A stretch of 64,000 nucleotides of DNA from Tubulanus polymorphus. Lineage: Eukaryota > Animalia > Nemertea. Location: contig NC_134036.1 in the NCBI RefSeq assembly GCF_964204645.1, positions 6,905,681 through 6,969,680 of the forward strand, written 5' to 3'. The notes beneath the pieces are model-generated. The model was not told the origin of the DNA. It did not search any database and saw only the letters and a list, made by a program, of their open reading frames with translations. This document shows, piece by piece, positions 61,101 through 64,000 of this stretch. The position numbers and the translations under genes were made by a program. Every line of letters starts with the position of its first letter. The stretch's first letter is position 1.

Positions 61101-64000
61101 TGGCAGTAGGTCGGTCGTCCGTTCGTTGGTCAGTGTGCCGGCGGTGGTAGTTCGAAAAACGACTAAGTGCTGACCGGGCCTTGATCAGCGTTACGACCCG
61201 GAGCAGTGTGGGAGGGAGGGGGACAGTAGGTCGGTCGTCCGTCCGTTCGTCAGTGTGCCGGCAGAGTTGGTTGTTCGAAAAACGACTAATTGCTGACCGG
61301 GCCTTGATCAGCGTTAGGACCCGGTGCTGTGAGGGAGGGAGGGAGGCAGTAGGTCGGTCGTCCATCCGTTCGTCAGTGTGCCGGCGGTGGTAGTTCGAAA
61401 AACGACTAAGTGCTGACCGGGCCTAGATCAGCGTTACGACTCGGTGCAGTGAGGGAGGGAGAGAGGCAGTAGGTCGGTCGTCCGTCCGGTCGTCAGTGTG
61501 CCGGCGGTGGTTGTTCGAAAAACGACTAAGTGCTGACCGGGCCTTGATCAGCGTTACGACCCGGTGCAGTGAGGGAGGGAGGGAGGCAGTAGGTCGGTCG
61601 TCCGTCCGTTCGTCAGTGTGCCGGCAGAGTTGGTTGTTCGAAAAACGACTAAGTGCTGACCGGGCCTTGATCAGCGTTACGACCCGGTGCAGTGAGGGAG
61701 GGAGGGAGGCAGTAGGTCGGTCGTCCATCCGTTCGTCAGTGTGCCGGCGGTGGTAGTTCGAAAAACGACTAAGTGCTGACCGGGCCTAGATCAGCGTTAC
61801 GACCCGGTGCAGTGAGGGAGGGAGGGAGGGAGGCAGTAGGTCGGTCGTCCATCCGTTCGTCAGTGTGCCGGCGGTGGTAGTTCAAAAAACGACTAAGTGC
61901 TGACCGGGCCTTGATCAGCGTTACGACCCGGAGCAGTGAGGGAGGGAGGGAGGCAGTAGGTCGGTCGTCCGTCCGTTCGCCAGTGTGCCGCTGGTGGTTG
62001 TTCGAAAAACGACTAAGTGCTGACCGGGCCTTGATCAGCGTTACGACCCGGAGCAGTGAGGGAGGGAGGGAGGCAGTAGGTCGGTCGTCCGTCCGTTCGC
62101 CAGTGTACCGCTGGTGGTTGTTCGAAAAACGACTAAGTGCTGACCGGGCCTTGATCAACGTTACGACCCGGCGCTGGTCAAGGGCGGGAGGGAGGGAGGC
62201 AGTAGGTCGGTCGTCCGTCCGTCCGGTCGTCAGTGTGCCGGCAGAGTTGGTTGTTCGAAAAACGACTAAGTGCTGACCGGGCCTTGATCAGCGTTACGAC
62301 CCGGTGCAGTGAGAGAGGGAGGGAGGGAGGCAGTAGGTCGGTCGTCCATCCGTTCGTCAGTGTGCCGGCGGTGGTAGTTCGAAAAACGACTAAGTGCTGA
62401 CCGGGCCTTGATCAGCGTTACGACCCGGTGCAGTGAGGGAGGGAGGGAGGGAGGCAGTAGGTCGGTCGTCCATCCGTTCGTCAGTGTGCCGGCGGTGGTA
62501 GTTCAAAAAACGACTAGGTGCTGACCGGGCCTTGATCAGCGTTACGACCCGGAGCAGTGTGGGAGGGATGGGGACAGTAGGTCGGTCGTCCGTCCGTTCG
62601 TCAGTGTGCCGGCAGAGTTGGTTGTTCGAAAAACAACTAAGTGCTGACCGGGCCTTGATCAGCGTTACGACCCGGTGCGGTGAGGGAGGGAGGGAGGCAC
62701 TAGGACAGTCGTCCGCCCGTTAGTCAGTGTGTCGGCGGTTGTTGTTCGAAAAACGACTAAGTGCTGACCGGGCCATGAACAGCGTTACGACCCGGCACCG
62801 GTCAGGAAGGGAGGGAGGGTGGCAGTAGGTCGGTCGTCCGTTCGTTGGTCAGTGTGCCGGCGGTGGTAGTTCGAAAAACGACTAAGTGCTGACCGGGCCT
62901 TGATCAGCGTTACGACCCGGAGCATTGAGGGAGGGAGGGAGGCAGTAGGTCGGTCGTCCGTCCGTTTGTCAGTGTGCCGGCAGTGATGGTTGTTCGAAAA
63001 ATGACTAAGGGCTGACCGGGCCTTGATCAGCGTTACGACCCGGCGCTGGTCAGGGCGGGAGGGAGGGAGGCAGTAGGTCGGTCGTCCATCCGTTCGTCAG
63101 TGTGCCGGCGGTGGTAGTTCGAAAAACGACTAAGTGCTGACCGGGCCTAGATCAGCGTTACGACTCGGTGCAGTGAGGGAGGGAGAGAGGCAGTAGGTCG
63201 GTCGTCCGTCCGGTCGTCAGTGTGCCGGCGGTGGTTGTTCGAAAAACGACTAAGTGCTGACCGGGCCTTGATCAGCGTTACGACCCGGTGCAGTGAGGGA
63301 GGGAGGGAGGCAGTAGGTCGGTCGTCCGTCCGTTCGTCAGTGTGCCGGCAGAGTTGGTTGTTCGAAAAACGACTAAGTGCTGACCGGGCCTTGATCAGCG
63401 TTACGACCCGGTGCAGTGAGAGAGGGAGGGAGGGAGGCAGTAGGTCGGTCGTCCATCCGTTCGTCAGTGTGCCGGCGGTGGTAGTTCGAAAAACGACTAA
63501 GTGCTGACCGGGCCTTGATCAGCGTTACGACCCGGTGCAGTGAGGGAGGGAGGGAGGGGGGCAGTAGGTCGGTCGTCCATCCGTTCGTCAGTGTGCCGGC
63601 GGTGGTAGTTCAAAAAACGACTAAGTGCTGACCGGGCCTTGATCAGCGTTACGACCCGGAGCAGTGTGGGAGGGAGGGGGACAGTAGGTCGGTCGTCCGT
63701 CCGTTCGTCAGTGTGCCGGCAGAGTTGGTTGTTCGAAAAACAACTAAGTGCTGACCGGGCCTTGATCAGCGTTACGACCCGGAGCAGTGAGGGAGGGAGG
63801 GAGGCAGTAGGTCGGTCGTCCGTCCGTTCGCCAGTGTGCCGCTGGTGGTTGTTCGAAAAACGACTAAGTGCTGACCGGGCCTTGATCAACGTTACGACCC
63901 GGTGCAGTGAGGGAGGGAGGGAGGCACTAGGACAGTCGTCCGCCCGTTAGTCAGTGTGTCGGCGGTTGTTGTTCGAAAAACGACTAAGTGCTGACCGGGC

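Larger units (their letters stand above)
1..64000 (+). repeat. GC-rich ~120-bp tandem satellite array (most monomers 120-128 bp, rare 95-104 bp deletion monomers); family not recognised
   Basis: The core GTTCGAAAAACGACTAAGTGCTGACCGGGCC...CAGCGTTACGACCCGG recurs about every 120 bp from the first to the last line (e.g. 56, 176, 300, 420 ... 63971), always on the same strand. No non-repeat sequence was seen. Strand '+' denotes the G-rich strand only. Confidence 0.99.

Noticed and set aside
671-63950. About 130 short ORFs on both strands encoding repeats such as CRRWLFEKRLSADRALISVTTRCSEGGREAVGRSSVRSSV
   Set aside because: The monomer is 120 bp (40 codons), so frames stay open by arithmetic. Common alleles introduce stops (TGGTAG, CAGTGA, CGTTAG) and frameshifts (+/-4 GGGA, +1 CACCGGTCA). 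Both strands are equally open, many starts are TTG/GTG, and no domain is recognisable.
1-64000. CRISPR array (conserved core alternating with variable segments)
   Set aside because: The variable segments are homologous alleles of the same sequence, not unique spacers. There is no leader or cas gene in the window.
1-64000. Pure technical concatemer (rolling-circle or PCR artefact)
   Set aside because: Monomers carry structured, heritable variants with nested duplications at many scales, which a single-template concatemer would not produce. Local misassembly of individual blocks is still possible.
1-64000. Transposable-element insertion or inversion within the array
   Set aside because: On reading through I saw no non-satellite segment, target-site duplication or reverse-orientation monomer.

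Overview
The whole 64 kb window is one uninterrupted, head-to-tail, single-orientation array of a GC-rich ~120-bp tandem repeat (satellite DNA, roughly 525-530 monomers). Both window ends lie inside the array. Consensus monomer (+ strand): GAGGGAGGCAGTAGGTCGGTCGTCCGTCCGTTCGTCAGTGTGCCGGCGGTGGTTGTTCGAAAAACGACTAAGTGCTGACCGGGCCTTGATCAGCGTTACGACCCGGTGCAGTGAGGGAGG. By hand count it has G47 C27 A21 T25 (~62% GC, G-skewed, 13 CpG). I found no protein-coding gene, RNA gene, CRISPR array or transposon. All ORF-track entries are read-throughs of the 40-codon monomer. I do not recognise the family or the organism; a eukaryotic heterochromatic (centromeric, pericentromeric or subtelomeric) satellite is the most likely identity, by inference. 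The informative structure is internal. (1) Variation is confined to about six allele 'slots' between near-invariant cores. (2) Alleles of one slot keep complementarity to an invariant upstream arm. (3) A (GGGA)n tract switches monomers between G-quadruplex-competent and sub-threshold states. (4) There are nested in-register duplications at 0.48, 0.72, 1.47, 2.05, 2.32, 3.08, 6.0, 8.1, 13.7, 17.3, 19.4 and 27-31 kb offsets. (5) A more diverged island lies at ~17.5-22.2 kb. (6) A sharp switch between two variant domains occurs at ~37.7 kb. I cannot support a novel gene-based system here. Offsets come from the ORF track and manual reading, so boundaries are approximate.
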